In this document: in pieces, positions 1 through 17,970 of the stretch
How the letters are laid out: each line of letters starts with the position of its first letter
Position numbering within the stretch: position 1 is the first letter of the stretch
Assembly (NCBI RefSeq): GCF_009914755.1
Contig: NC_060945.1
Source of the DNA: the human T2T-CHM13v2.0 reference genome, Homo sapiens
Direction: 5' to 3' (one strand)
DNA length: 64,000 nt
Translations under genes and position numbers: made by a program
The notes under the pieces: generated by a model
What the model was told of the DNA's origin: nothing
The model's input: only the letters and a program-made list of their open reading frames with translations
Database searches by the model: none

Positions 1-263
1 TTTTGGAATATTTCACGCCTTAAATTTTAACACCGCACTGAGGGAAGGCACTTTTGTTATTCCCTCCCTCTATAACCAAATTTTTTAAACTAAAATAGTA
101 TTAGTACTATTGGGGAGTTTTAAAAAATTCCTTTCATTTGTTTTCTATTTTTTTAATCTTTAATCAGAGTCTATGTAACAGAAGGAATCAAAAGGAAAAC
201 CTGCAGTAAGAGTAAATTTCTAATATCCAAATGGGGTTATCAACTGCTTAAAAAAGGTATGGG

Positions 264-562
<299 letters not shown>

Positions 563-1055
563 AATAAATGTATTGGATAGCAATGTACCAAAAACACTTT
601 TCAAAATACAAAGCTCTGACCTTTTTCAATTTACACAGCTTAGGTGTCATTCAAACTTCCTATTCAAATGCCCCTGAAAAACATCCTGTATTAAATGTCT
701 AACACTGATTGTAACTGCACAAAAGAAGAATGATAACCTGAGCAATAATGCCACCGGTTAAACATCTTTTTTCATAATATTCGTTTATCAAAGAACATTC
801 TGAGGGCCTGATTCAAAGAAGCAAGACACAAAGCACAACCACCTTCCATTCCCATAAAAAACAAACCTGTGATCAAAGAACTTCAATTTCCTTTCCCACG
901 ATTTAACTCTTCTAGGACAAGAGTACTTCCACCTTGCTAATAGGTCTGGTCAAACGTATTCCTCTACAACTCTATCCCCTCCCCGTCTATTGGTAAGAGA
1001 GGATGATCAATGGAACAGGACTCCTCTGAGCAGATGCAGACCTGCTCACACCTTA

Positions 1056-1379
<324 letters not shown>

Positions 1380-2359
1380 TCATGGTAGCTTTTCCTTATA
1401 ATGCCATTTTGGTAATATGAGTACTTCCTAATTCATGACCAAGAAAAGCTAGATTAACATATTCCATACATCTAAACGATTAGACAATATGATAATCATA
1501 TACTTAGTATACTTATACTATAAAATAAGCTCTTCAGAAACCAGGATCCAAGAAAATCAGTTCAGTTCATGATTATACTTCCTATCTTACATCTTACATT
1601 CTCTCATGATTTTCAAGATTCCCCTCCAGTCCAGAGTTCATAAGTAGTTCTCCAGTCCTCCGTTCATTTTACGGAAAACTTTTATCTTTTTGCCCCACAA
1701 AGAAATTCATTATCCTATTTGCAAAAACAACAACAGAAAACCCTGGGTGAAAGAAGTCACAGAACACAAAGCACTCAAATACAAGAACACTCGGTCTCAG
1801 CCTCACATCTTAGAGAATCTCCGCTTCCTCTTGTAAAGACAAGGCAAGTTGATCACCAACAAAGAAGACAATAATCTTCACAAAGGGAAAGTGGGGTACC
1901 CCAAAGCTGCTTTCTGTTTGCCCCAAATGGAGGTACAAGGAGGAGAAGGAAGGCAAAACCTAGAAGAGACGTTGTCCAATCCAGGCACAGAGCTCTCTAC
2001 TCTATCCCCAAAACCACAAGGCTGGAGGAGGTTCCCCCACGCCAGACCTTAGAGGTCCCAGAGGCCTTCCTCCAGGGTGGTTTATCAGGAACTGAGGGCT
2101 GAGGGAAGTCATCATCTCAAGAGGCCTGTACAAAACTTACTAAGATCTCAGTAAACACAGATCCAGGCTCTTAGGCCATCCTCCTGCAAACACCAGGCCC
2201 TTTACGTCCCAAAGCTCCCTGTGGCTACAGAGTAGTGGCATCAGAGATGAAACTTAATTCAACTAATTTCAATTGATCAACCTTTAAAACTCACATCTAG
2301 TTTGCAGATAATACAGAGGAGAAGAGAACGAGTCAAATGACTTCAGAAGAAAGCATTCA

Positions 2360-2681
<322 letters not shown>

Positions 2682-2975
2682 TCAGAAGAAATCCAGGGGA
2701 TAAAACATTTTACAGAACAGCCGGGCTGGAATCTTCAACTAGTCAATGTCACGGTGGAGATGGGGTGGGGACACAGAGGTGGAGAGGGAGACCCCGTCTA
2801 GATTAGAAGGGGCTTAAAAGACATAATGAAACACAATGGGTGGTTCTTTATTGGATCCCAACTTGAACAAACTAGCTGGAAAGGACAATTAGGAAATCTG
2901 AATGTGAACAGTATGCATTAGACAGCAAACTGGAATTACTGTCAGTTTTAATAGGTGTGACAAGGGTACTGTGGG

Positions 2976-3268
2976 GGCCAGGCGCAGTGGCTCACACCTG
3001 TAATCCCAGCACTTTGGGAGGCTGAGGCAGGCGAATTGCTTGAGCTCAAGAGTCTGAGACCAGCCTGGGCAACATGGTGAAACCCTGTCTCTCCTAAAAA
3101 TACAAAAATTAGCCGGGCATGGTGGCGTGCAACTGTAGTCCCAGATACTCAGGTGGCAGCGGTGGAAAGATTGCTTGAGCCCAAGAAGCAGAGGCTGCAG
3201 TGAGCCAAGATGGCGCCACTGCACTCCAGCCTGAGTGACAGAACCAAACCCTGTCTCAAGAAAAAAAG
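2976..3268 (+). mobile_element. Alu (J-like)
   Basis: Consensus, TSD GTACTGTGG. Confidence 0.9.
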
Positions 3269-3538
3269 GAAGTACTGTGGTGACATAGGAAAAGTCCTTA
3301 ATTTTTAAAAATGTATATACGTCATGAAATCTGTAAAATTTACCCCCAAAATACATAAAGTAAGGCAAAATGTTGATAATTATTCAACTATGTTGATAAT
3401 TATTAAATCTAGATGATGGGTATTTGGGGTATGTGTTACAGTATTCTCTCTATTCTTTTCCATGTTTGAGAACTGTCATAATTAAGAGTAAAAAAAAGTG
3501 GTGAAATAAACATAAGCTATTTAAAAATAATAAATTCA

Positions 3539-3882
<344 letters not shown>

Positions 3883-4005
3883 TCAACAAATGTTACGGGA
3901 TATCTCCCATATGGCAGGCAGTCTCACAGGCTCTGAGGACGGAGCAATGATCAAAGGGGTCAAAATTCCTGTCTTTGGAGGGTTAATGCTATAATGTGGG
4001 AGTCA

Positions 4006-4372
<367 letters not shown>

Positions 4373-5175
4373 TTAGAGAGTAACACGTACAAAGGAGGGA
4401 CAAGAAAGCACAGAAGAGAGGGAGGCCACTTCAGACCAGACAGATGGAGGACCTGCTAAGAAGGCAACGCTTAAGGAAAGGCCTGGAGCAAGTGAAGGAG
4501 GATGCTGGGACAAAATCCACAGAACTATGTTTTTATATTTATTTATAAAGGGATTCCAGCAAGTGCAGAGGCTCCCGGAGCAGGGAAAGAGCCTGATCAG
4601 GGCACAGCATTTGAGCAGAGTGAGCCTGGGCAGAAGGTGGAGTGCCGGGGCCAGAAAGGCAGAGGGGGTGGTGAGAGCCACCGTCCACATCGCGGAGGGC
4701 CTCAAAGGCCACAGTAAGGACGGGGCTTTCACTCGAGGAGCAACAGGGAGCCCCAGAAGGTTCTGGGGAAGGTCGTGGGATGTCCTACCTCTGTTGGAGC
4801 AGGATCACCCCACTCTGACTCCTGTGTTGAGAAGAGCCTGAAGGGGAACAAACAAGCAGAGAAACTAGTTATAAAGTCACCTAAATGAGCTAGGAGTGAG
4901 ACTACTGCCTGGACCAGCATGCAGCAGACATGGTGAGAAAGGATAGGATTCACAGTAGACTCTGAAGTACAGGCTACAAGATTTGCTAACAAGTCATATC
5001 TGAGATGTTAGAGAAAACAGGGGCTCAAAAAAGAGCCCAAGATTTCTGGCCTAAACATCTGGAAGGACAGATCTGCTGCTGGAAATACTATAGGAAGAGC
5101 AGGTTTGGAGAGGAAGAGGCAGGAGGTGAGCCCTGGGTGTGCTAAGCTTGAGATATCTATTAAAAATCCCACGGG

Positions 5176-5562
<387 letters not shown>

Positions 5563-5639
5563 CTATGGGTGATCATTTAAAGCCAAGAAAGAGGATAAGA
5601 TCCATGAAAAGAGTGACTGTAGTTAAAAAGAGGATGCAA

Positions 5640-6078
5640 AGTAGGGCTGCTGTCACAAAGGACTACAAACCGGGTGGCTTGAGATGCCAGAAATCTATTC
5701 TTACAGTTTTGGAGGACAGAAGTCAAAAATGAACACGTCAACGGGGCCGTGCCTCCTGGGAAGGCTCTGGGGAAACTAGTGTTCACGCCTTTGCTTCTGG
5801 TGCCGCTGGCACTCCATGGTGCCCCTCGGCTTGTACACACATCACCCCCATCTCTGTGGCCATCATCACATGGCGTTCTCCTCTTTAAGTGTCCCGATTC
5901 TGTGTGTCCTCTAGTCTTCTGAGGACAGCAGTCGTACTGGATTAGGGATCCACCCTAATGACCTCATCTTCACTTGATTACATCTGCAAAGACCCAGCTT
6001 CCAAATAAGGTCATATTCACAGGCTCCAGGGCTGGGGCTTTCACATATCTTTTTGGGGGACACAACTCAACCAACAAT
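5640..6078 (-). mobile_element. MaLR solo LTR (MLT1-like)
   Basis: GATTAGGG..CCACCCTAATGACCTCATCTT..TTACATCTGCAAAGACC..CCAAATAAGGTCATATTCACAGG..GGGGGACACAACTCAACC motifs. Confidence 0.8.
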
Positions 6079-7976
6079 AGCAGTCCATGCTTAGGTTTCA
6101 GGGAGATCAAAAAGAGTGTGCAAAAGAGATTGAGAAAGGGAGAGAAAAATCAAGTGTGTCTGTGGACAGCAGTGGGGGGCGGTGGTTGCGGGAGTCTCCT
6201 GACTCCAGTTTGGAAGGTTGGAAGACGATGACAGTGCCGTGGGGAGAGGGCTGAGAAGTCACCGCTGGCCTTGGTGCCACAGAGCCCAGACTCTGATGAG
6301 AGCAGTTTGAGAGGCGTGATGGAGGCCAAAGTCAGATGGGAGTAGTGAAAAGAGAAAAACTGCAGACTCCAGGATAAAACTCTGGCAAAGGGTCTCCTTT
6401 AAAGGGTAGAGAGGAATGGGGCAGTGGCTAGAGGGAGGAATGGGGTGAAAGCAGGTTTTGTTTGGTTTAGAGGGGAGAAACAGCAGCATTTTCAGATTGA
6501 TGTGAAAGGTCCCCTAGAGAAAAGAATCCAAAGGGCCAAGTGGGGTGGGACCTAGCACAGAAGCAGAAAGGTCAGCCTTGGGAGCAGAGACAGCTCACCC
6601 ATAGGGATGGGGGTGGCTCAGGTTCCCCTCTGCGGACACCTGGTCTTATGACCCCACTGGCTGCAGAACTCCCTTGGCCCTTGCCGGTTGCACAGCCATA
6701 CGGGACAGCCTGGTAACTGAAATTCGCTGCTCCCACCCTGCTCCACAGCTGCAGGGAGGTGGGAATCCTGGTGCTGGCAGCCGGTAGAAGTCATCTTATG
6801 ATTGCTTCTATGTTCTCAATAAATAGGAAGCAAGATCATCGGCTAAGAGAGAAAAGAAGGAAGGAGGTGTTGAAGTTTGGGGAGGGAGGAACGAACATGA
6901 CAACAGGGAGAATGAGAAGACGAATGCAGTGGGGAGAATCTTCTGAGCAGCGCCTTCCCCAGGGCAGCTGGAAGCATTTGAGCACCACGGAAGGTCAGCG
7001 ACTCTGAACTGAGAGTGAGAAGTCCGCATGATTTTGTGTTTTTATCCTGCCACAGTCAGCTATCCAGCCATGTGGGCTTAGCAGAGAGGAGGCAGTGAGC
7101 TGAAGGTGTACAGAAAGCAGTAACTGAGACTAACCGACCACAAATGAGACACTGCTGGAGACAGGAAGATAAATATGAGTGATCCTGTTGGGGAGGAGAG
7201 TGAGAGGAATGCCCCAGGACCAAAAAGCTTAGGTCAGCACCAGAGAGAGCTCCCAGAGAAGGCATGCAAAATAAGGGGTGATCCTGCTTGCAAAGAAACC
7301 AGAAAAGTTGTTGGAAGAGGTCAAGCTCAAATGAGCTACCAAAAGCTACATTTGGGTCCTATCACAGTACTAATTTTCGGTTTTCGGACTACAGAATACC
7401 AAGATATATTTCAAATGGATTATTCCCTGTTCATCATTCTTTCCTTGGTATATACTCTATTGGAAGAAGAAGAAGAAATGAATAAATAACATACAAAGGT
7501 GATCCCCAAACCTCAAATCTGGCCATTAGTTATAACCAACTCTGCCCCTAAAACTTTGGTCAATGCCCTTAAAGCATAAAATGCACAGATCTGAATTTCC
7601 ATCACTTTCCCCAGGGCAGCTGGATGTCACCAGGTCACCACACAGGCTAGAGATACATATAGGTGAATTAGGTTAAATCACAAAAACAGAAAGATAAAAC
7701 TATTATTTAACTCAAGCAGAGAGCTAAGAGGTTATTCATCAGATGATGGTAATACAAATATCCCATTCAAAGTCAATGAAAACCAGGATAAAATGAAAAA
7801 GAAACAACCAGCACTAAGTAGAACTTTCAGAACAGGAATAATGCAGGAATTATCCTCTAAAGTGAATCATCCAGATTGACTATGGTATACATCATTCATT
7901 TAAGAAACATGTATGGAGTACCCACGGTGTCTCAAACACAGTACCATGGTAGAAAGAGAAGAGGAAGGACAGATAT

Positions 7977-8349
7977 TGCTATAGTTTGAATCTGTCCTCC
8001 AAATTTCATGTGTTGGAAACATAATCCCCCAATTATATGTTGATGGTACTTGGAGGTGGGGCCTTTGGGAAGAAATTGAGATTGAATGGGGTCATCAGGG
8101 TAGGGCACCTATGGTGGGATTGGTGGCTTTATAAGAAGAGAAAGAAAGACCTAAGCTGGCACACTCCTGCCCTCTCACCATGTGATTCCCTTCCCATGTT
8201 ATAATGCAGCAAGAAGGCCCTCACTAGATGCTGGCACCACACTCTTGGATTTTCCAGTCTCCAGAACCAAGAGCTAAATAAACGTCTATTCTTTCTAAAT
8301 TGCCCAATCTCAGGTATTCTGTTATAGCAACAGAAAACGGACTAAGAGA
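7977..8349 (+). mobile_element. MaLR solo LTR (MST-like)
   Basis: TGCTATAGTTTGAA start; AATAAA..TCTCAGGTATTCTGTTATAGCAACAGAAAACGGACTAAG end. Confidence 0.85.
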
Positions 8350-9953
8350 GATGCATACACATAACTACAAGACAAAAATTCACTCAAACTATTCAAACAT
8401 ACACTTCTCTTTGGCAAAGTAAGTCAACCTGACTTGCCAAATTTAATCATCTATTCTTATGTGCATGCAAGTTGAGAGCCATATTCTCAAGAAATTACAT
8501 CATCATTGTTATGTCTACTAATTACTAAAGTAACAATCTAAATTATTTGTTTTTGAAAGCAATACTTAGACACGTACAAATCTGCAAAATAAAACTGATA
8601 AAAGCAAGGCATGCAGGTTTTTTTCTTATACTTATTTTACATAATCTTTCAGGGCTTACTCAGAACCAAGTGAATTACTCAGAACAAAGAGAATCTAAAA
8701 GGTATCAAATGAAACCAGGGCCCTCTTATGAAACATAACTATATACCACCCATAATTCTCTTAAATATTTATATTCACTATAGTCAAATACATTTTAAGT
8801 ACCATAGGAAGCATTTAGCCTCCCCCAAAACTTTCTCCCCGCTCCACCATTAACCCTGGACAACATAAAAATTCTGAATAAAATTCTGGTTGTAAGAAAT
8901 ACCAAAATTACTATCTGTTTGATATAAATCTGCCTGGCATGTCTTCTCAAATGCACTCAAATTATGATTATGACTTGAGAGTTGCATATACAGCTGCTAA
9001 TAATACATGTAGGGAAAAGGAATTAATTCATGACTCTTGCCTAAACTCTCCTAATGACCATGCAATGTAAAAATGTTACTGAAGAAAAAAGGTTTGGATC
9101 ATAGACATCAAGACAAGTGGGCTGACATATAAGTAGCACTACCCACTCTGCAATACGCAAATGCACCTATTTCTTTGAACTCAACTATCAGAGGATAGCT
9201 AAAACGTCACTTCTATAGGGAGGATGTCTCTGACCCACAGCCGTTCACAAACTTTCGTAAACCCTTAGTTACTTTATAGCACTTATCACGACTATACATA
9301 ATTTGTATAAGTGCTTATTCAATGCCACACTGTCTTATTAGAATATAAGTTCCATAAAGATAATATACATATGTTCCTGTTTTGCTCCCAACGGTATCCA
9401 TGGAACCTAGGACAAAAGTGCATGCTTAATAAGCATTTACTGTATAAATGCACATTAAAACCTTACCAAGGAAAACTCTCCAAATAACAGATAGATAGGT
9501 AATCAAGAGGTAAAACTCAAAAAAGACAATGAGAGAGTATGGTCTTGAGATGGCTACGTAAGCATCAAAAATAATGCACAGTCTTTGAAATCATTACAGC
9601 TAGTTCTATTGACAACAAACAACCACTATCAGATTCCACTTCAAGGGGGTTTATAAAATTCTAATTAATGTTATTTTTCTAACATTTAATCTTCAAGAAT
9701 TTAGTATTTCTCTTCTTCTAGGATTTCAGGTTAATTAAATATGATTTGGGTGGAACCAACAGCTGAATGCTTTATAGTCACATAAATGTGGCCCTTTTAA
9801 ATCAGCCACAGCACCAGTCATTCTCAAGAAAGGTGAATATATTCTTTGTCTTTTATTGGGTCATGTTGCACAGGACATGAAAATCCAAAGGAATCTTAAA
9901 AAAAAAAATAGAACTAATAAGTGAGTTTAGCAAGGTTGTGGGATACAAGGTCA

Positions 9954-10335
<382 letters not shown>

Positions 10336-10402
10336 TTAATGGCATCAATAGATCTGAAATATTTAGGGACATATTTAACAAAATATGTGCCAGACCTGTT
10401 TA

Positions 10403-10740
<338 letters not shown>

Positions 10741-11107
10741 AGAAAATTAAAGAGGCTGTAAATAACTGAAAAGATACACCATGTTCATGGATCAGAAGAC
10801 TAACACTGTTAAGATGTCAATTCTTCAAATTAATCTATGGGTTCAATGTAATCCCAGTCAAAATCCCAGAAGGCTTTTTTTTTTTTTTTTTGTAGAAATT
10901 AACAAGCTGAAAATAGAAACTATTTTAAATGGTCAAAACAATTTTGGGAAGGAACAAAAAGTTGGAAAACCTACATTATCTGCTTTCAAGACTTACTATA
11001 AAGTTGCAGTATATCAAGACGGTGTGGTATTGGCACACAGAGATAGGTATAGATTACTGGCACAGAATAGGGTACAGAAATAGGGCCAAACATATAAGTG
11101 TGATTGA

Positions 11108-11228
11108 TTTTTTTTAATTTTTTTGAGACAGCGTCTTGCGCTACCACCCAGTGGGGAGTGCAGTGGTGTGATTACAGCTCACTGCAGCCTCAAATTCCTG
11201 AGCTCAAGCCAACCTCCCACCTTGGCCT
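11108..11228 (-). mobile_element. Alu monomer/fragment (J/FLAM-like)
   Basis: Reverse Alu arm with poly-T. Confidence 0.8.
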
Positions 11229-11570
11229 GTTTGATTGATTTTTGACAACAGTGCCCAAGATAACTGACTTGAAAAATGATAATCTTTGCAATACATGGTG
11301 CTGAAACAAACATTCATATGCAAGAATATGAAACCTTGATCTCTATCTCACATGTATATAAAAATTAACTTGAAATAAATCATAGACCTAAATGTAAAAC
11401 TACAAACCTTCTAAAATAAAATACAGGAGAAAACCTTTCTGACTTTGGGTAGGTAAAGTTTTTTTCAGATGGAACAAAATAAGCATGAACCATAAAAGGA
11501 AAAAAGTGATAAGCTGGACTTTATAAAAATTAAGAATATTAACAACTGCTGTTCTTGAAGAGATAATGCT

Positions 11571-11860
11571 GGCCAGACATGGTAGCCCACACCTGTAATC
11601 CCAGAACTTTGGGAGGCTGAGGTGGGTGGATCACCTGAGGTCAGCAGTTTGAGACCAGCCTGGCCAACATGGTGAAACCCCATCTCTACTAAAAATACAA
11701 AAATTAGCCAGGCATGGTGGCATGAACCTGTAATCCCAGCTACTTAGGAGGCTGAGGCAGCAGAATTGCTTCAACCCAGGAGGCGGAGGTTGCAGTAAGT
11801 TGAGATCATGCGCACTCCAGCCTGGGCGACAGAGCGAGACTCCATCTCAAAAAAAAAGAG
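11571..11860 (+). mobile_element. Alu (S-type)
   Basis: Consensus, TSD AGAGATAATGCT. Confidence 0.9.
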
Positions 11861-12186
11861 AGAGAAAGGGAAAGAGAGATAATGCTAAGAACAGTGAAAA
11901 GACAAACAACAAACTGGGAGAAATTATTCTCAATACTTATATCAGACAAAGGACTTGTATCCGGAATATAAAAAAGAAGTCTTAAAATTGTAAGAAAACA
12001 AACAATTCAACTTAAAGCCTGAGCAAAAGAGCTGAATAGACACTGCCCAAAAGAAAATATCGGATCGCCAATAAGCACATGAAGAAATGCTTGGCACCAT
12101 TTGGCAACAGGAAAATGCAAATTAAAACCACAATTAGATACCACTATACATCCACCTGAATGGTTAAAATTAAAAAACTATTTTAA

Positions 12187-12602
12187 GCCCAGGAATTTGG
12201 GCCTGCAATGAGCTGTGAGCACACCACTGCATTCTAGCCTGAACAACAGAGCAAGACCCTGTCTCCAAAAAAAAAGAAAAAGAAAAAAAAAAACATTCTG
12301 GCCGGCCACAGTGGCTCATATCTGTAATCCCAGCATTCTGGGAGGCTGAGGCAAGAGGATTGCTTGAGCCCAGGAATCTGAGACCAGCCTAAGCAACACA
12401 GTGACACCCAGTCTCTACAAAAAATAAAAAAACAAAACTAGTCAAGAGTGGTCGTACACACCTATATCCCAGCTATTCAGGAGGTTGAGGTGGCAGGATC
12501 ACTTGAGCCCAGGAATTCAAGGCTGCAGTGAGCCATGACTGTGCCACTGCACTGACAGCCTGGGCAACAGAGCAAGATCCTGTCTCTTAAAAAAAAAAAA
12601 AA
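12187..12602 (+). mobile_element. Alu fragment plus full AluJ-like element
   Basis: 3' fragment 12187-12290 and full copy 12300-12602. Confidence 0.85.
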
Positions 12603-13117
12603 AGAATCTGACACTTTACAATGGTTGGCAAAGATGTGGAGTAACTAGAACTCTCATGCCCTACTGGTGGGAATGTAAAATGGTACAATGGTTTTGAAAA
12701 ACAGTTGGCAGTTTCTTGTAAAGTTAAACACACACTTCTCATATGACCGAGAAATTCTACTCCTAGGTATTTACCCAAAAGAAATGAAAACACATGTCCA
12801 CACAAAGACCTGTATGTGGATGTTCATAGCAGCTTTACTCAAAACAGCCATAAATGACAGCATATCCATACAATGGAATACTACTCAGGAATAAAAAGTA
12901 ATGGGCTACCCACACATGCAATAAGGACAAGTCTCAAAAACATAACACTGATCAAAAAAAAGAAGGGTATCCAGTACACTATATGATTCCACTTAGATGA
13001 CGTTTCAGAAAAGGCCAATCTAATCATCTAGTGATAGACAGTATATCAGTGATCTCCTGAGGCTCCAGGCTTAGGGGTGGATGAGCGCATGAGAACTGAT
13101 TAAGAAAAGTAACAAAG

Positions 13118-13402
13118 GCAGTGGCTCACGCCTGTAATCCTAGCACTTTGGGAGGCTGAGGCGGGCGGATCACAAGGTCAGGAGATCGAGACCATCCTGG
13201 CTAACACGGTGAAACTCCACCTCTACCAAAAAAAGACAAAAAATTAGCCGGGCGTGGTGGCAGGTGCCTGTAGTCCCAGCTACTGAGGGAGACTGAGGCA
13301 GCAGAATGGCATGAACCTCGGAAGCGGAGTTTGCAGTGAGCCTAGATCGCGCCACTGCACTCCAGCCTGGGCAACAGAGCGAGACTCCATCTCAAAAAAA
13401 AG
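13118..13402 (+). mobile_element. Alu (Y-like, 5' truncated)
   Basis: GATCGAGACCATCCTGGCTAACACGG diagnostic; TSD GTAACAAAGG. Confidence 0.9.
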
Positions 13403-13799
13403 AAAGGTAACAAAGGAATCTTTCGGAATACTGGAAATGTTCTGTGTCTTGATTGTAAAGGTAGTTACATGTAAAACATTTATCAAACTGTACACTAAAA
13501 TGGGTGCATTTTCTTGAATATAAATCATAACTAAATAAAGTTGATTTTTTAAAAAAGCAAACAGCAACAAACCTATGCAACATTAAACAATACTAAGGCC
13601 CAGGAGACTCCATATTCACTAACGTCCAAATAACACCAATATCTCCACTTCTAAAGAGAGTGAATGCTTGAATCTGTATCTAGTGCAAATTCACAGAAGT
13701 GACTACTCTATGGTGGGTAAACATATTGCAGCATCTGCTACAGACAGAGTGCAATTAAGATCAGAAACCCATGTTATACTGTGTCTCGCCACTTTATTT

Positions 13800-13945
13800 A
13801 TTGATTGGAGGCAGCGTCTTGCTTTGTTGCCCAGGCTGGAGTGCAATGACGTGATCATAGATCACTGTAACCTTGAACTCCTGGGCTCAAGCAATCCTCC
13901 CACCTCAGACTCCCAAAGTGCTGGGTTTACAGGTGTGGGCCACAT
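13800..13945 (-). mobile_element. Alu monomer/J-like fragment
   Basis: Reverse Alu arm. Confidence 0.8.
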
Positions 13946-14443
13946 CACTTTAGAGCGGTTCCACCCCTGTTACTTGTCTTATCTGCTAAATTTACCCAGC
14001 TAACAAGATTCAGTGTTGAATTCAAAATATTTCTTATGATCTCCATGTATGTTTTGGAGCTTCTTTTCCCAAGAAACACCAAATAATTGATCTTAACCCA
14101 TAAAGGTTTTCTATCTCAGAGACACATTTGCCTCATTGCAAATAATAAGATTAGTTGTGCTTCAGTCATAACATCGTAAGTTGCTAGGCAGCCAGAAGTG
14201 AGTTAATCAGAAAATGAATCATCAAAGACATGGTACGCAATCTCCTTTTATGGGTGTCTCATTCTTAAAACACTTTCAAGGAAGCAGAAGCAAATATTTG
14301 TCTACTCGTATGGAATTTATATGACGCAATCCAATTCTTACTATTGGTATTTGACACGCAAAATACTCACACGCAATTTCATGTTCGCTTGGTGTCTTCA
14401 CTCACAGGACAAAGCCAGATGGCACAGCAAATCTTTATAATCA

Positions 14444-14798
<355 letters not shown>

Positions 14799-15624
14799 CT
14801 AAGGCAGGGATTGATCATCTGACAACCCTTGGGGTGGGCGTTTATTCAGCGTGCCAGTACCAAGCAAAGCAAGGCTCCATGCAGGTTTGCGAAATGCCTG
14901 TCTGGGTGTCTGCGTGTGTGCACCTCCTCACCAGCCTGGTCCCTTATGCGGCAGCTTCTGTCTAGCCACACTGGTCCCCTGTGGTCTAACCAACCCCTGC
15001 CTGACCTGTCCAGGTTCCACGCTGCACGGCACTGCACCCTGGCATGAGTTCCCAAAACTGCTGCTTCCTGCTTCCCACCCTGTGTTCTGCCACTAGCCCC
15101 AAGCACCGGCACACAAAAGCGAACGGCTCTGAAGGGCTTCCACCTTCCAGTGGCTTACTTTGCTGAAACCAGTCCATTTTCACAAACATCCAGGCTGACC
15201 GTCACTTAGGGACACCCTCGGGCCAAAATGAATCTGGAGATGTGGTTTATTTAGCCCACATTTTGAACCAGCTGCAACACTTAAAAATTGAGATATTTCA
15301 TATCAAATTTCCTGCCTCTTTTGAAGCAGCAGCAACTCTTTCCACACAGCAGTAATGGGCTACAGCCAAGTAGCCACCCTCATCCCGTGGAGAACGCGCT
15401 CCAGCTGGCCCTGTGTGTCCCCAGCAGCCAGCTGCACTCTGCGCTGCCTCTCCTGCCCCCTCCCCTGGCCTCTGGGTTAGAGACCACTCGTCTCAGCCCC
15501 AGCAGCAAGCCTGGAACCCATCCAGCCATCCTTCTCTGGGGCCCTGATGATGCGTCCTTCCAGTTAGGTCCATTTTAACTCCCCAGACTGAGTCTAGTGA
15601 CACTGACTCTCAGAACAGAAGGGG

Positions 15625-16870
<1,246 letters not shown>

Positions 16871-17279
16871 AAGAGAGAAAGGGAGAGAGAGAAGGAGTCA
16901 GGATCTCAGTTCCTTTACTCTCACAAAGCTCCCTGTCCTCTATGCAATTAGCCACCCCCCCCAACCCCTGCCATCAATTAGCCCTGCAGACCAGGGGGAG
17001 CAAAGGGACAGCTTGCACAGGCAACCGAGGGGTCTCGCTGTGCTCTCCTCTGGGTCCCTCCTTGCTGTCCCTGAGTATCACTAAGAGAGGCCACTCAAAG
17101 GACCTCTCAGAACAAAAGTCATTTCCAAGGTGACTTTCCACCCACTTCTCCAGCTAAATGATTTTAAGTTCTGCTTAGGCACCCACTTAGCTACAACAAG
17201 AGTATGAAAGCCACCACTTTCTGCACATCCATCCACTGCCAAGCACTGCTGGGTGCTGTGGACCCAAGATCCCCAGTCC

Positions 17280-17450
17280 TTTCCAGGCGACACCTCTGCA
17301 TCATTAGCACCGTCCACAGCAGAAGAAATGGGACCCCAGACAGCATTAACGACTGCCCAAACCACACAGGCAGTATACCGCAGAGCTGGAATTTGAACCC
17401 ATGAAACCAAATCTGTCTGGCTCCCAAATCCTTGCTCTAATTCCTATCCC
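17280..17450 (-). mobile_element. MIR fragment
   Basis: GCAGAGCTGGAATTTGAACCC..TCTGTCTGGCTCC MIR core. Confidence 0.6.
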
Positions 17451-17675
17451 ACGGTCCTCACAAAGAGACCTACCTAACCCAAAATGCAGCAAATTAGGAA
17501 ATGCCTATTTTCTATAATCAAAATGCTGATGGTATCACAAAGATATAAACTCAATATGCAACTATGAATAAACATAAAATGGATGTGTATGGCTCAGAGC
17601 TGGGGGTGGGGTAGGAGGGAGAAGGGCAGTGGGCAGGGGTGGGAGCAGAGTGTTTGATAAGAAAAACTTCAATTT

Positions 17676-17970
17676 GGCGGGGTGTGGTGGCTCACGCTGT
17701 AATCCCAGCACTTTGGGAGGCCCAGGCAGGCAGATCACCTGAGGCCAGGAGTTTGAGACCAGCCTGGCCAACATCGTGAAACTCCGTCTCTACTAAAAAT
17801 ACAAAAATTAGCAGGGCATGGTGGTGGGTGCCTGTAGTCCCAGCTACTTGGGAAGCTGAGGCAGAAGATTCACTTAAACCCAGGAAGTGAAGGTTGCAGT
17901 GAGCCGAGATGGTGGGCCACTGCAACACTCCAGCCTGGGCAACAAAGACTCCATCTTAAAAAAAAAGAAA
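17676..17970 (+). mobile_element. Alu (S-type)
   Basis: Alu consensus. Confidence 0.9.

Noticed and set aside
3371-3404. TGTTGATAATTATT repeated twice with a 6-nt spacer
   Set aside because: Micro-duplication within an AT-rich old L1-like tail; no evidence of function
10781-11117. ORFs resembling reverse-transcriptase-element protein
   Set aside because: Frameshifted remnants of an ancient L1 ORF2; not an active element
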